From assembly GCF_009914755.1 (NCBI RefSeq), contig NC_060942.1: 64,000 bases of DNA, one strand, 5' to 3'. Position numbers and translations under genes: made by a program. This stretch comes from the human T2T-CHM13v2.0 reference genome, Homo sapiens. Of this stretch, positions 28,054-42,454 are shown piece by piece (positions within the stretch are counted from its first letter, which is position 1; each line of letters begins with the position of its first letter). Below the pieces are notes generated by a model, which saw only the letters and a program-made list of their open reading frames with translations, ran no database searches and was not told the origin of the DNA.

Positions 28054-28309
28054 TTATAAATGGGAGTTGAACAATGAGAACACATGGACACGGGGAGGGG
28101 AACAACACACACTGGGGCCTATTGGGGGGTGGGGTTGGGGAAGGAAGAGCTTTGGGGAAAGAGCTAATGCATGCTGGGCTTAATACCCAGGTGATGGGTT
28201 GATAGGTGCAGCAAACCACCATGGCACACGTTTACCTTTGTAACAAACCTGCACATCCTGCACATGTACCCCGAAACTTAAAATTAAAATTAAAATTAAT
28301 TTTAAAAAA
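28054..28309 (+). mobile_element. L1PA (about L1PA11-13) 3' end, 5'-truncated
   Basis: gggagttgaacaatgagaacacatggacac..ggtgcagcaaaccaccatggcacacgtttacc..gcacatgtaccccgaaacttaaa. Confidence 0.9.
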
Positions 28310-29157
28310 CTTGTCACTTGTAATGAGGAAAATGGTTATTTTTATTGGGTTTTTCTAAAAGGGAGTAATATTTTAAATACTACTATTTTATATGAGAATA
28401 ATATAATGTAAAATAAAATGATGAGAATATGTCTAGATCATTAAAACTCTTACAATCAGAGGCATCATTAGATCTTTTCCTCCTGTTTACACTAATACAT
28501 TGTCAATACTATTTCCAAAATATGACAAAGAATTCTTCATCAAAATGAACAAGAAAGCATAGACTGAAAGAATGCAAACTGAGTGATTTAAAATACATTT
28601 ATTGTTTCTATCAATTAAATTTTTGCAAATCTACTCTTTAACCTTCCAGCAATTTTCTCAGACTGCTATTGTCCCATAATCAGAAAGGTCTATACAGGGT
28701 TCAATGATAAAAATTGCAGGAAAAAAATCTCACAAGATTGCCACACTGAAACCACATTGGTGAGGAATAAAAGACATTATACGGGCTTTGTACCAGAGAG
28801 CCTTGGATTCTACATCTTCTCTGTTGCACATTAGCTACCTGTTCTTGAATAAATTGTTTCTTCCTCCATAAATGAAAGAAAAGGATCTTTGTTAATACTG
28901 AATAGATAGCATATGTAAAATACTAACACACAGGATCCTATAAATGCTGATTCCTTTTCTTCTCTCACTCTCAAGAAATACATATATTAAACTCTGCACA
29001 ATCCAAACAGGATGGGTACCGTGGAAGACACAAATATGAATCAGGTGTGATCTAAAGAAGCTTACAGGAGAGACAGGAAGGGTAAAAATATAAACCACCT
29101 TTTTAAAAGGCAAATAGACAACCGTTCGGTCAAAGGACATGCAATAAGTAGTCTTAC

Positions 29158-29338
29158 CCTGCTGAATTGGTTGACTGGGCCAACTGGTGAATGGAAGATT
29201 TTATTTCCCTTTTTGGCCAGCTCTGCCCTGCCTGGTGAGAGGCAAGCCAAGTCCAGGCCTGGAAACAGCCAGGAGGCCTGTGTTCAAAGAAGGGACCACG
29301 CAGGTGAAGGAGATCTGGGAAGCTGAACCCAAGCCCCA
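29158..29338 (-). other. Candidate internal exon (181 nt)
   Basis: Pyrimidine tract cccttctctttggtttctggttttg..tgtttgttcag| and donor AGG|gtaaga. GC-richer than the flanks. Confidence 0.25.
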
Positions 29339-29415
29339 CTGAACAAACATCTCACAAAACCAGAAACCAAAGAGAAGGGTTGTTATCAGAAAACAGATTC
29401 AAAAGAATTGGTTCT

Positions 29416-29744
<329 letters not shown>

Positions 29745-30880
29745 CTAAGACAAAAGAGTCTCTTAAGTAAGACTAATGAGCCTATGGTTCTTAAGTAGGT
29801 GCTCTTAACATACAAGGATTTTTGGATAAACTCAAGATGTCTGTAGCAAAGAAATTCTCCAAATTAGCTAAAAACAACTGACTTTGAGCAACTTGCTTGT
29901 ACTATTACTGTTCAGTGTGTCCCATTGCATGACAGGACTTACTCACTGACACAATGAGTGGTCTGACAAAAACTCTAAAATACATCCCTATCCACTCATA
30001 TCTTGAATGTTACTAGAGGATGAATGGGCAATGTACTACTTAGAAAAGCCCAATGTTCAAATATACTCATAAGATTTGGGCTTGCAATTAGTGAGCCATC
30101 TTTGGGAGAAAGTTCCTTTATCTAAATTAAACCCTATTTCCACGTGAATGCATTTAGGTTTGCTTGCCCTCAGTTGTAAGTTTATTCCTGACAATATAGT
30201 CCTGGTATTCAGCATAGCTGAAACAGACCAGGTTATGTCAGCTCTCCCTCTATGTCTGCCTTGCCTCCGAGATACAAGGTAGAGGTGGGGAGGAGGGGTG
30301 CAAAATATAGACAACTTGATGGAGACTTTCATCTTATATGAAAAGGGAAAGAAAATAGCTGACTTTCTAAAATCAAATATGGTTTATACTTTCCATCCAT
30401 CAGAGATTAAATTTAGACTTCACAATGAATGCAAAATCCATTGACTACTACATCTTGTCAACTTGAGATGTAAGAAAACGAGAAATGAGCTTCAGACTCC
30501 ACAAAAACCAAAGCATGGTATGAGATGGAAAAGTAAAGAATGTGAATTCATGTAGAAAGTTTCTTCCGCTCTTGTCTTTGCAAGGAAGAAATACGGAATT
30601 TACCACTTACTGAGTCCCAAGTCCCAGATTCTTATTTACATCAGTTGATCCTATCTCCCTTCATACAAATGAGAAACTTTGAAGGCCTTGAAAGTTTAAT
30701 GTTTTTCTCCTAAATCATAGAACTTATACATTCATAACATGCTGAAACCCTGAGTTATCTAACTCCAACACTTCCACTTTTCATTATCTTGCCAGTTTTG
30801 TCCCACTTTCTACTGTTGTGTCTTAATACCTCTCCTAGTTCCTTTATCAAATTACGATTCTTCTATTGTAGTTGCCATAG

Positions 30881-30941
30881 GTATGCCACATGCCTAGAAC
30901 AATTCATCGAGGGTAAACAAGTATGCCACATACCTAGAACA
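30881..30941. repeat. 21-bp direct repeat pair, 40-bp period
   Basis: gtatgccacatgcctagaaca (30881) and gtatgccacatacctagaaca (30921). Confidence 0.85.
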
Positions 30942-31191
30942 TTTTGAACCATAAAACTCAGTTCACAAATATGGAGGCCTACATGTACTATAAATTCTTA
31001 ATTATTTAAGTACTTATTTTTTTTTTTTAGTATAAAGGTGAGCCATTGGCTTTCAAATAAATAGAAGATAAGAATGGGAGAGTTGATCATACTAGGGAGG
31101 ATGGTCAAATGTTTCAAAATCTATGGTGCTGTGCCAAGTTACTAGGATAAAGGGTGGGCAGTGAGCACACTTAGAGTAATTTGAAAGCTCC

Positions 31192-31792
31192 TGTATTAAT
31201 TACATATTACTGTGTAACCCATTACTCCCAAGCATAGCTTAAAACAACATGTATTTATTATAATACAATTTATGTGGATTATGAATCTGGTCACAGCTTA
31301 GCTGAGTTCTCTGCATTAGAGTTTCTCACAAGGCCACAGTTAAAGATTCAGCCAGGGCTGCAGTCTTACTTGAAGGCTTGACTGGGGAGGATCTGATTCT
31401 CAGATCACCCACATGGCTATTGGCAGGAATCAATTCTTTGAACATTGTTGGATTGAGGGCTCAGTTACTCAGGAGCTGAAGACCTCCCTTAGTTGCTTGC
31501 CATATAGGCCTTTCCAGAGAGCATCTCACAACTTGGCAGCTGGCTTCAATCAGAGAGAGAGAGCAGGTGAGAGAGCTAGAGATAGTCTAGTGAGAAAGAC
31601 AATGCTGGCAGATGGAGGACATCATTTTTTATAACCCAATCATGAAAGCAACATCCTCACACTTTTACCCCATTCTGTTTTTTACAAGCAAGTCCCTAAG
31701 TCCAGATTGTACTCAAGGGGAGGAAATTACACAGAAGTGTGGGTCCCAGGAGGCAGTGATTATCGGAAGCCAGTCAGAAGCTGCCTGCCACA
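31192..31792 (-). mobile_element. MLT1F-like solo LTR, near complete
   Basis: Termini tgtatta..ctgcctgccaca. Internal gcttaaaacaaca and gaaggcttgactggggaggatctg. Confidence 0.85.
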
Positions 31793-33089
31793 ACACCCTA
31801 GAAGACTGTAACACTTTCCTCTCCGGCCCCCCTCCCTCATGTTAGGTTCCTTTGCTTTCTAAATGGCAGACTGATTTATTGTTGTCTGAAACCTTCACTG
31901 AAAACACTTGGGAATGACTTGAAAAGAAAACTCAAATCAGTCAGTCTAGAATTGGTTTATGAAAAAGGCAAAAGGTTTGGGGTTTTTGCTTGTGTCCTTT
32001 GTCTTGAGGATGGGAAGTGCTAACAAAAGGTAAGGGAATTTAGCTATTTGTGAAAATATAGTTTTATTTTATTTATCCATATAATTTCATTTCTCTGTTG
32101 GTGGAGCTTATTAAGAGCTGGACATGTAATTAAATACACCTGAATCTACCTGGCCTTTAACAAAAATTCATGGTCATTATGTTTACTTTTCATCAGAGAC
32201 CATAAAGAGCTATTCACTGTTATGGTCAGTTAGACTGTGTGTGTAAATTACCTGAAGACAATATGATTAATAAATAACTTATTTTTTTAAGCCCACTAAT
32301 TATTTTTGCACTTTGGTTTCCATAGTTACAAATCTTTAGCTGTTCAGAATAAACTCATATACAAGGGAGTCTTTGCACTGGTTTATACATTGGGAGCAAT
32401 TCCAGATCTGGATGACGATGGGCACCTGGAAAAAAAAAAAGTTTTTCTTCAGGGTTAGCATGCCCTGACTGCTGCCATCGTTCTCAAATCACCTTTCATA
32501 TGTCAGAAAAATCTCATTAAAAATCTCCATGGAAATGCGTGGCAATTCACATATTAACACAGGAAAAATACTTTTAACAGACACCAGAGTAATGTTTATT
32601 TCTACTTGGTGGGGTGGGTAGTGATTCTCTGCCACCACACACAGCTCTTATAAACATACACATTCTTTCTTTCTGAAGGAGAAATTCTCTAAGGCAGTAG
32701 TTTTTTAAGTTTTTATATAGTTTGGTTTGCCCCTGAGCTAGACTTCTGTCCTGAGTCCCCTTGCTGAAAACAAAATGAAAAAAGTTCCTCCCTTGATCTC
32801 CCTGCCCAGCAGGAGTAGCAGGGGATGCTGGATGTCAGCCCACGGAGGTCTCCTGTTGTGGCTGTGGCCTGGACACCTGGTTCTGGCAAGGCAAGCTTGC
32901 CAAGGAGTCTGAAAGCTCAGAAAGCTCCACTGGACTTGTGGAGTGCTTTATCCAGTCCACCGTCTCCATTTCCTGGATTCCCAGGGCCTTTGGAAGCTCC
33001 CCTCAGGATACAATGAACACCACGATTCTTGATATTCTATAAATTCCAATTCCAATGTCATCCCAGCTCACAAGACTCTGAAGCCCTCT

Positions 33090-33510
33090 CAGCCCTCTTC
33101 CCTATAGCTCACACAAAGTGCCCGACATGCTAGTTTCTCTTGGTTCCCCAACGCCAAGCCCTTCACCAACTCAGTCTTATACTAGTTGTTCTCTCTGCCT
33201 GGACATCTCTTTCTCTTGACCCTTTGACATTTCTTTCCCCAGATCTCAGTTTAACTGGCACTTACTTAAAGAAAAGTTCTCTAACCCACCTGTCACTCCT
33301 CATTTTCTACTATAGAAATCTGCTTATTTTATTCATAGCACTGGGCTTATTTTCTTTCTTTATTTGCTTAATCATTTATTTCCAACTTCCCCAGCAGCAT
33401 GTAAGCTCCATAAGGACAGAAGCACATCCGTCTTGTTCATGACTATACACCCTCAGTGTCTAGCACAGTGCCTGACAGAGAGTCACTCAAAAACTACATA
33501 TTAAAAATGT
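33090..33510 (+). mobile_element. L2 3' end
   Basis: tgttctctctgcctgga, atgtaagctccataaggacaga and tctagcacagtgcctgacagagagtcactcaa. Confidence 0.8.
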
Positions 33511-34114
33511 TGAGTCATTCTAACATTTAAAGTGATTCTAGCTTGTACTTTTGAAAACTTAATATATTCTGAGTGTGTATGTTTTATATGAAAATTTCAA
33601 AGAGAAAGTATTGAGGTTGAATCTGAAAAGAATATATTTATGTAATCATGAAATGTTTTAAAATATATTTTAGAATGTATGCATAGTATTGTCCTGTTTC
33701 TTTGTTTAAACTCGCATGAATAGAGCTGCCATTTAGGAGAAGAGTGTAGATAAAAAAGAGACTTACTTGTGTTTAAATGGTATATGTACAAACACCTGTA
33801 AATTACAAACCATATTTTCAAGAAGTATGATTATTGCTATGTGAGTGTAATCTGAGGCTGGAATTAGGATGGCATTGCTAGAATTCTTGGTACTCGAGAA
33901 AGAATTCTGAGAAGCCAGGTAGTTGCTGTGCAGCATAGGGAGTTAAAAAAATAGAGTTTCACTTTATGGAGAATTCCTGAATACCATTAATTAAATATGA
34001 TACATATTAATAAAGTAGAAGCAACTTAATGTACTTCTAATGCTTTATTCTTTGTTTCTCCTTTTATCTAGCTCTTCCTGAGAACAAAAAGGATTTATGA
34101 AGGAAAAAGCAGCT

Positions 34115-34270
34115 AATCAAAGAAGTTCTGAGTTTAAATTCTGTTTTGTCCACTTACTAGCCATTTGACCTTGGGCAAGTCACTTTACTGGACCTCAGTT
34201 TCCTTGTATGTGAAAGGTTTTGGTAAAAATCATATTAGTTAAAGAATGTAAAGAGTTTTATAAATTACAA
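34115..34270 (+). mobile_element. MIR fragment
   Basis: ccacttactagccatttgaccttgggcaagtcactt..cctcagtttcctt. Confidence 0.8.
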
Positions 34271-37233
34271 AGTGATTAAAAAAAGTAAAATGTATTGTTG
34301 TTTAGGAACAATGAAAAAAAAAGAAACCTTGACATTTTTTCTTCAAGTTCTTGCCTAAAATGTTTATTTGTTTGGCCCTTTTTAGATTTAACAAATTCTA
34401 TGTGTCTAAATATCAGTGTAGACCCCTTCTTACCCTACTGGATTTATAAGGTACTAAAAGTAGATATGCATCTCTTCTGTCTTGGTTCGCTCTAAAATGG
34501 GATGTTTGCAAACCTCTTGGTTTTTCTTTTTTAATATGGATGAAGCTTATATTAATTTTTGGCTTGGTATTAAATTTTGTTTGGAATATTATTAATTGAG
34601 AATGTTTTCTGTTTTTGTTTGTTGTTGTTTATTTATTTTTCCAAATTTGACATCATCTCTATCTTTCCTGGAACCTTTATTTTGTTATGGACTTTTGCTG
34701 ATTGTAGTCTTCATATAATACCGAAAACAAAAGATGGCATATAGGCCTCAATCCTAAGAACTTTCCTTTAAGTTCTCATTTCTACAATGTGTGAAACCTT
34801 TTAAAATCACTTTGTTAAGAGATTTTCTGGAAGAAGGGAAGACATGAGAAGACTCAAAATACTTAACAGCCAATCCCTGCCAAGTCTTCATAATGTTCCT
34901 CTCTCATACATCACTTTGAAACTACCTGCCTAGTGGTTTGGATTTTTGAAACCCTAAGTCAACATTGCATTGGTCTTCCTGTTGCTACTGTCTTGACTTT
35001 TTACTCCTGTTTTGGTGGAGTGGAAGAGTCCATTCTGTCTCTTCAGGACTGCCAGCTTTTACTCCTTTTGGCAAAAGGAAGCTGATCAAGTAATCCAAGC
35101 ACCAGGAGAACAGCTGCCCTGGCCAGTGATGGCCTCTGACCTAAGGGTCGCAGGTTATAGCCTTGTGAGTAGCCCCTTAAGTGCATTTATGAGGCAGTCC
35201 TGCCAAATCGCTATAATACTGACTAATTCTGCCAACTGGAACCCCTCTTGGGAAATCTGAATATAAAACATTCAAAGGGAGCTAACGAACAGCTAGAAGC
35301 AGGAAGTCACACAGACAGAAAGCAGTAAGCAGAAACCACAAGCAGAAACAAGGCATGGAAGTGTACAGTGGTAATCTTCAGTAATAGCCTAATTCTTCTG
35401 GTCGATGCCATTCTTGAGGCAACAACCTTTAGAATCCTTATTGGGTGTTCAGAGTTGCTGTCAGACTAGTAAAGCTATGGCTGGACCCCAAATGCTCTTG
35501 GGGGCTGCATGTCCACCCCTCTCTTCTTTACTCTCTGCATATCCTTAAAAGAAGACCCTGTTGTGAGAGGTCACTGAGTGTAACTCCTTCTTTGGCAATG
35601 GCTAAGAACAAAGCTTACACATCTAAAGAAAGCTACCTGTTACTGTGATCACCTCATACCTTATGCCCTGATCTCAGTAACTGACTTTCTGCCTTGGTGC
35701 TTCACCTGGTGCTAGACTCCTAGAGTCTATCTTGTTCTGTCTAGTATTCCCAAGAACTGGATTCTATCTCCTAAATCCTGATATATGGTCAGCTTCTCAT
35801 TACTTCTGCCAGACTGTTCTACTGCCAGCTGGCTTGCTGGACTCTACCTATTACCTGCTGCCAAGTTCTCTGCATTCTTGTTCCACCCACTTGAAAGCCA
35901 GCCTCCCAGATGATGAAGTGTGAGATCATCTGTCAGCGTCTTTTCAGGAGATGACACAGCCTTTGTCCTGTCACTATTGGCTACCTTCTGCATTGTCTGT
36001 TGTATCCTGCCATGCTCCATTTCTGACCTGTTCTGGGTTTGACCTAACTGGATAATCAGTGTCCCCCACACTACCTGTCTGTTACATCGCTCACTGAAAA
36101 TGAGTTTCCTTCCACCTTATGGGAGGTAATTATAATAACTGCCTAACTGGTCTGTCTGACAGATAATTCAGCTATTCTGTACACCATATGAGTCACTTTT
36201 TTAGTCTTTAAATGAGACTTTGGAAACATGCCCATATTGGGAAACCATTAACTAAAACGCCTAAGTGTGAACTTCTTATCCAAGTGTTTAAGGTCCTCTC
36301 CAATCTGACACTCATCCACCTTACCTTCTGCCCGCTTGACTCCTCTGCCCCAGCTAGAAAAGTCTTGCTAACAACTTTCTAAAATTACCTGACATATTCT
36401 TTTTTCTTGCCCTTGAGTATTATGTCCTGCTAAATTACAGTGTCCACTGAGTCCTCTTTAACCACTGGACTCCCACTCAAGTCCTGTGTAATTCATTAAC
36501 TCAGCCAAAAGACAGTGACTACCACTTGCCAGTCACAATATCAGTTTATAGTTATCCAACAAGATATAGGATATCTTTCTCTCAAAGTGTTTTTAGTCTA
36601 AGCAAGAGAGCTGAATGCTAAGCTAAGAAACGGTTGGAGAATATGCATTAGGGAGACCACATAAAGGAGGAAGCTGTAGATTCTCAAGCACCAGGAGAAG
36701 CGTAATCAGAGAAAGCTTAAGGATGGGCAGATCCTTGATCTAAATCTTTATTTAATGATAAGTAAATGTTTGAAAGGTTGTAGAGATGGGGACATTGTAG
36801 GCAAAAAAGTTAAAGGAGCAACAGTGGAGATGCTAAGATGTGTCTTCCATGTATGCAGAGAGTGGGTGATGGTGCAAAGTGGGGATGTAAAGACAAACAC
36901 AGATCATTGCCTCTCATAAATACACAAGGCATGGTCAGTCTGGAGAATTAGGAAGACTTCCCAACTCTCTTCTATCTCCCCCTTGTCGCTACAATTCTTG
37001 CTTCTTCCTCTGCTTTGATTGTATAGATATCACAAAATTGAAACCTCCCCTCTGTATCACATAAGCTGCTTCTTGATCTCATCCCACCTTTCCAGCCACA
37101 ATGTTTTTTTAGCATATAACTATTTCTTCTCCCACTTCATCATGTTGGAGGTACCTAACCTTTAAAAGTTGCAACAATAAATTCATTCAACAAATATTTA
37201 TTTACGGGGGATGCTATGCTTAAAGTGTTTATT

Positions 37234-37692
37234 TGCAGTGGATGCAGTAGTGCGCCACCTCAGCTCCCTTTAGGACCTACACATGTGTTCCCATAGCTTC
37301 CACAAATGTTGGCAGCTGATGGCTCAGAGTTGTGACCTGTCCAGAAATTGAACTGAAAATTCAAAAATTGAAGGAAGTTTCCTTTCTCAATGTTTGCTCC
37401 CTTCCCAGGACCAGTTAGCATCTAATAATTGATACCTGAATAGGTAGAAAGGCTGATCCCCCTTTTCTTCAGTGAAGATAGCCTAGCAGTTCCATCTCAG
37501 CTCCAAAGCAGTCTACAGAGTCACTTAAGATATCTTTTGCAACTGTGTTGCAGTTACTTTCTCCTTCTCCCCAATCAGGCTTTCCTAATCCCTCATAGGG
37601 ATTAACCCCAATTAACAAACTTACCACTAAACTTTCTGCATGCCAGTTCCAGAGCCTCAGTGACTATTTCTCAGGGAGTGTAACCTATAACA
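37234..37692 (+). mobile_element. LTR16C-like (ERVL) solo LTR
   Basis: Start tgcagtggatgcagtagtgcgccacctcagctccctttaggacc. End ctcagtgactatttctcagggagtgtaacctataaca. Confidence 0.7.
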
Positions 37693-38016
37693 TTATTTAA
37701 TGAAAACCATGGTTCCAAGAAGAAAAACTACGAAGTGAGTTTTATTTTTTTTTAAGAACTATTAAGCACATTCCATATGCCAGGAGCAGCATTACACCTG
37801 GAGAAGATGCAAAGAAGAGGAAATGGCCTGGGTGGTGGCAGTGCCATCTCCCAGTCTGGAGGCAGGAGAGCCTGCCAAGGGGAAAGGCCGGCTAGATCCC
37901 CATCCTGCCAAACTCTCTAGGACTAAGTACAAGATTAGATTGCCTTGCTTTACCCAGTCCAGTAATTCATGGGTCCAGAAGGTTAAATCTGAAATCTCTT
38001 TTTCTTGATGGCTTTA

Positions 38017-38379
<363 letters not shown>

Positions 38380-39599
38380 AAATGAAAGAGAAGGCTAAAT
38401 AATGCCTCAAAGTTATTTTCAGGCAAAGACGCAATATTAAAAGTGATGCACAATTTGAAATAGAAGCTATTTTAGTCTTGATCAAGGATGCATTAGGGAT
38501 TTTAGGAAATTTGCTTGGGTCATTTCATGGTATGAGAACTATTTATTGTAGATTGGCATTGTGTCCCATTTATATTAAACCTATATATTGAATCTATTTT
38601 ATATACAGCTTTCTAACTAATAAGACTGTTAAATACTGATAATCAATTATAACCTTGCATTGAAGCCACGGATCTGCTACTTAAGAAGAAGGATTACTGA
38701 GCAGTGGCCATCAGCACATTTATTCAAAGAGATGATAATAATTTTTTCCCCTGGCAAACAACAAGCCTACTGTATCACCCCAGACTGCTTTTAAATGGAT
38801 GTGGGTTTGCAACTCCTAAGGATAAAATTAAAACATGTACATTCTCTCATACCAGCATTATTTATCAAAATGACAGTGTGACCATTTTTCTTACAGCTTA
38901 AAATGGCACATTGATGATAATTACTTTAATCTATTTTTTAGCACACTATAAGACACTTGAATTGCTGATGTAATTTTGAAGTTAATCTTTATTTATAGTC
39001 ATAAGTCTCCTGTGGTGTAAGGATTGGTCATTCATAACAAGTCAAATAGAATATCTATTCATGGACTATGCCAACGAGGAGTAGATGCTCAATTTAGAAG
39101 GAAGAAGCGGAATAGAAAACAGAACTTGTTAACTTCTTCTCAAACTTTTCATGCAGTTTTCTAGATTAACCTTCCTACAAACAAAGTTCATTTATCTTTT
39201 TATTAGAATAGAAGAGCAGATCTCCTGACTGGCATAGAAGAACAGAAACCTATCTGGGTATAGGAAAAGCTCATGCATTTTTTTACCATTAATTCCGCAT
39301 ACATCTTGTATGTATGTTCTATGAGCCAGCAATATGGAAGCTGCTGGAAATAGGACATAAATTTAAAGAATCCTTGGGTATAGATCCCATTTAAGCAGAA
39401 ACCATGACTGATTTCTTCATTGCTCTATATCAATGATAGAAAAATGGGGACTCCACAATTATTTACAGAGTGAATAAGAAAGACATAGTCTCTAACTTCA
39501 ACAATTTTATGACCTAATAGAAAAGTTATCACCAAAAAAAATTCATATATTTTCAAAGAATTTAAGATAATTAAAAACAGGAGTGGCTTTTTTAATAGT

Positions 39600-39840
39600 A
39601 AAGCATAGCAGTTATAGATTTCGGATCAGATAAATATGAATGTGAATTTTGGTGCTACCACTTAGTAGCTGTCATACCTGGGCAGGTGTTTGGTATCTAA
39701 ACCTTGGTTTCATTAGCTATAAAATTAGAATAATCACATTTTTCTGAGTAGTTGTAAAGATTAGACATTATATATATGTATAAAATGTCCATATGTATAA
39801 ATATATATGATGTCTAGAAAATTTGTTGTTACATAATAGA
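39600..39840 (+). mobile_element. MIR
   Basis: ctaccacttagtagctgtcatacctgggcagg..ggtttcattagctataaaattagaataat. Confidence 0.65.
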
Positions 39841-40950
39841 CATTCCATTCATTCATTCATTCATTCATTCAACTGATATTTATGTTGAGCCCCTTCTATA
39901 AGTCAGGAACTGGAGATGCAGAAAAGAAAACACACTCTCCTCCGGAATGGAATCTACATTGTGGTACAATTTCTGATAAACTCAGTAGCCCCAAAAGATG
40001 GGATCTTTCTCTCTTCGGTGTCACAGAGCCAATACACAAAACCAAAAGGCCAAGGAACGGAGAAGCAAGAGCATGGCTCGCAAATCAACTTCTCAACTAC
40101 CAAGGGGTAAGGGGGTTAAAACAGAGAATTTCTCTAATGAAGAGGGTGGACAGTAAAAACGAGGGGAGGAATACCTATGTCTTTTCTGGAAATGGCTGGT
40201 GGACCTCTCAGAACCAGCATGCCACCTTCCTTTTTGTCCTTTTACAGCTTCTTCTGGTTATTGTCATGGTGATTGTCTACTGTCATGATGCTGGTAGGAG
40301 TGTCATTTAGCATGGAAATGAAATTAAAATAAAGCATCAGGTATTTGGGGGGTCCTTCAGTCAGCTGTCTCACTTCTAACCATTCTCAGCTTGTCTAGTT
40401 ACAAGGGGAACTTCTTACCGAAGGCATGCTGTATTTTAAAGATAAGCAGCATGAGAACAAGGTAGAAATTCAGCTAGGTCACACAAGCTTTACACTGGGC
40501 AACAGTATGTTAGTTAAACATGTTTTGAAGACAGCATTAGAGTAGGGGAGGAGTGTTGTTCAGAGAAGATGGTTGGAGGGGCCTCTCCAAAATGGTGACA
40601 TTTGAGCAGAGACCTGGATAAAATGATAGAGAGTTACATGGCCACATAGAGAAAGCCCATTCCATTAACGGGAGGAAAAGTGCAAAGGCTCTGAGGCAGG
40701 AACATGCCAGGAACATAATAACTGGTGAGCTAGAGTGAGACAGAACAAGAGGGTAGGAAATGAGATCAGAGAGCAGGCTCCAAACCACAGAGAGCTTGCA
40801 GGTGATCCAAGGCCTTCGGTTTTTACTCTAAAAGATGGGAAGCCATTGGAGGGATGTGAGAAAAGCAAGGACATGATGTTTTATGTTTTTTAAAAGAATC
40901 CCTGGCTGCCTTGTGAAGTCAAACCTTTAGGGAAGCCAGGATAGAAGGAA
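39841..40950 (-). mobile_element. L2 with (CATT)n tail, split by an ERV1 LTR (pieces at about 39841-39930 and 40540-40950)
   Basis: (cattc)n tail then tatttatgttgagcccc. Second piece ggtgacatttgagcagagacctg, tgcaaaggctctgaggcaggaa and gggaagccattggaggg. Confidence 0.75.
39984..40504 (-). mobile_element. ERV1 solo LTR, MER67-like
   Basis: cggtgtcacagagccaatacacaaaacc and tgtcatgatgctggtaggagtgtcatttagcatggaaatg. Ends gggcaaca. Confidence 0.6.
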
Positions 40951-41275
40951 GAAAACATTGTTGATGTTAATGCCCTTCATCAACAGCTGATTGGTAGTAT
41001 TTAAATCAAAACTTTTTAGGAAGCTGGCATAAAGCCAAACAAATGATGTTTGGATGGAGCTCAGTGTTTGGCCCCAGTGTTTGGCTAGTTTTGCCTCCGC
41101 ATATTGGCTGCTCTGCCACGGAAAATGCTACCAGCTGTTTCCCTCTCACTGCCCCAACCCTGGCCAGGTCCTGATCTTTGCTTTGCTTGACCCTGCGCAA
41201 ATTCTTTTCAGAGACTGAATTCTCAACATTGAAGATATAAAGGGACTTGTATCAGACAATTCCATCCTATGGTGA

Positions 41276-41735
41276 TGTAAACCCAGAAAAATCAGAGACA
41301 GGTCTCAGTTAATTTAGAAAGTTTATTTTGCCAAGGTTGAGGATGCACCCGTGACACAGCCTCAGCAAGTCCTGACAACATGTGCCCAAGGTGGTCAGGG
41401 CACAGCTTGGTTTTATACGTTTAGGGAGATATGAGACATCAATCAATATATGTAAGAAGTACATTGGTTTGGTCTGGAAAGGCAGGACAACTTGAAGCAA
41501 AGGCAAGAAGACTCAAGGCGGGGAGGAAGCTTCCAGGTCACAGATAGGTGAGACACAAAGGGTTACATTCTTTTGAGTTTCTGATCAGCCTCTCCGAAGA
41601 AGGCAAATCAGATGTGTGTCTATCTCAATGAGCAGAGAAGTGACTGAATAGAATGGGAGGCAGATTTGCCCTGAGCAGTTTCCAGCTTGAGTTTTCCTTA
41701 GTGATTTTGGGGGCCCAAGATATTTTCCTTTCACA
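41276..41735 (-). mobile_element. MER4A1-like ERV1 solo LTR, complete
   Basis: Termini tgtaaaccc..cctttcaca, internal aagtttattttgccaaggttgaggatgcacccgtgacacagcctc, 4-bp TSD gtga at 41272-41275 and 41736-41739. Confidence 0.88.
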
Positions 41736-42454
41736 GTGAAAATCAAAATGAGTGACTGAGACAAAAGTCTCAGTCAATCAAGGTTTATTTAGCCAGATTT
41801 AGGGCATGTCCCAGAAAAAAAAAAAAAAAAAAAACGTGAACCACAGAAGAGCCTGGGGCTTTTTCTCAAAGAGGTTTTTAGGAGGTTTAGTATTTCTACA
41901 TTCCTTAAAGGTGGGAAAGGCACGTAAGAAGAGGGGCAGGTAGGCAGTCAGGCGAAAGGTTTCATACTTGTAAGACTTTAATTTCCTGCCCAGGAAATCT
42001 ACATTTTACATAAGATAAGGTGAATGTTTGAAGAGAAAAGGGGAGCAGAGGAAGAGTCACTTACAAAGACATCTTTGGGTAGGTGGAGGAACTGATCTCC
42101 TCTTATTTTTGTTTTACAGCTGGGAAGATAAGCTTACAATTGACATTATCAGTGTGGGATGAACTTTAGTTTTAGACTTTAGTTTTAGGGGCTAGACTTG
42201 GATTTGTAGACCTAAAGCTAAAAGTGGCATGTCCTTGTTTATGGGAGGTCAACAAATAATTTACTTATGAATGAGCTGTGGAGGCAATCATTCATAGATG
42301 CCGGAGGCCTTTTACCTTTCCGTGGGGATCCCACTAATACATAATGCCAGCAACAGCTATTCATTTGGAAGAAGGTGTTGTCTGACTCAGCCTCCCAGCT
42401 TCCTTTTTGCATAAAGAGTCTGGGGGTCCTGAAATTTTTAGATTTTCCTTTACA
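41736..42454 (-). mobile_element. MER4-group ERV1 LTR (MER49/LTR48-like)
   Basis: gtctcagtcaatcaaggtttatt, aaatctacattttacataagataagg; ends ggggtcctgaaattt..ttcctttaca. Confidence 0.65.

Noticed and set aside
35220-35645. Possible very old LTR (LTR33-like); similar weak signals at about 10450-10760, 36100-36870 and 59030-59230
   Set aside because: Too degenerate to assign without a profile search.
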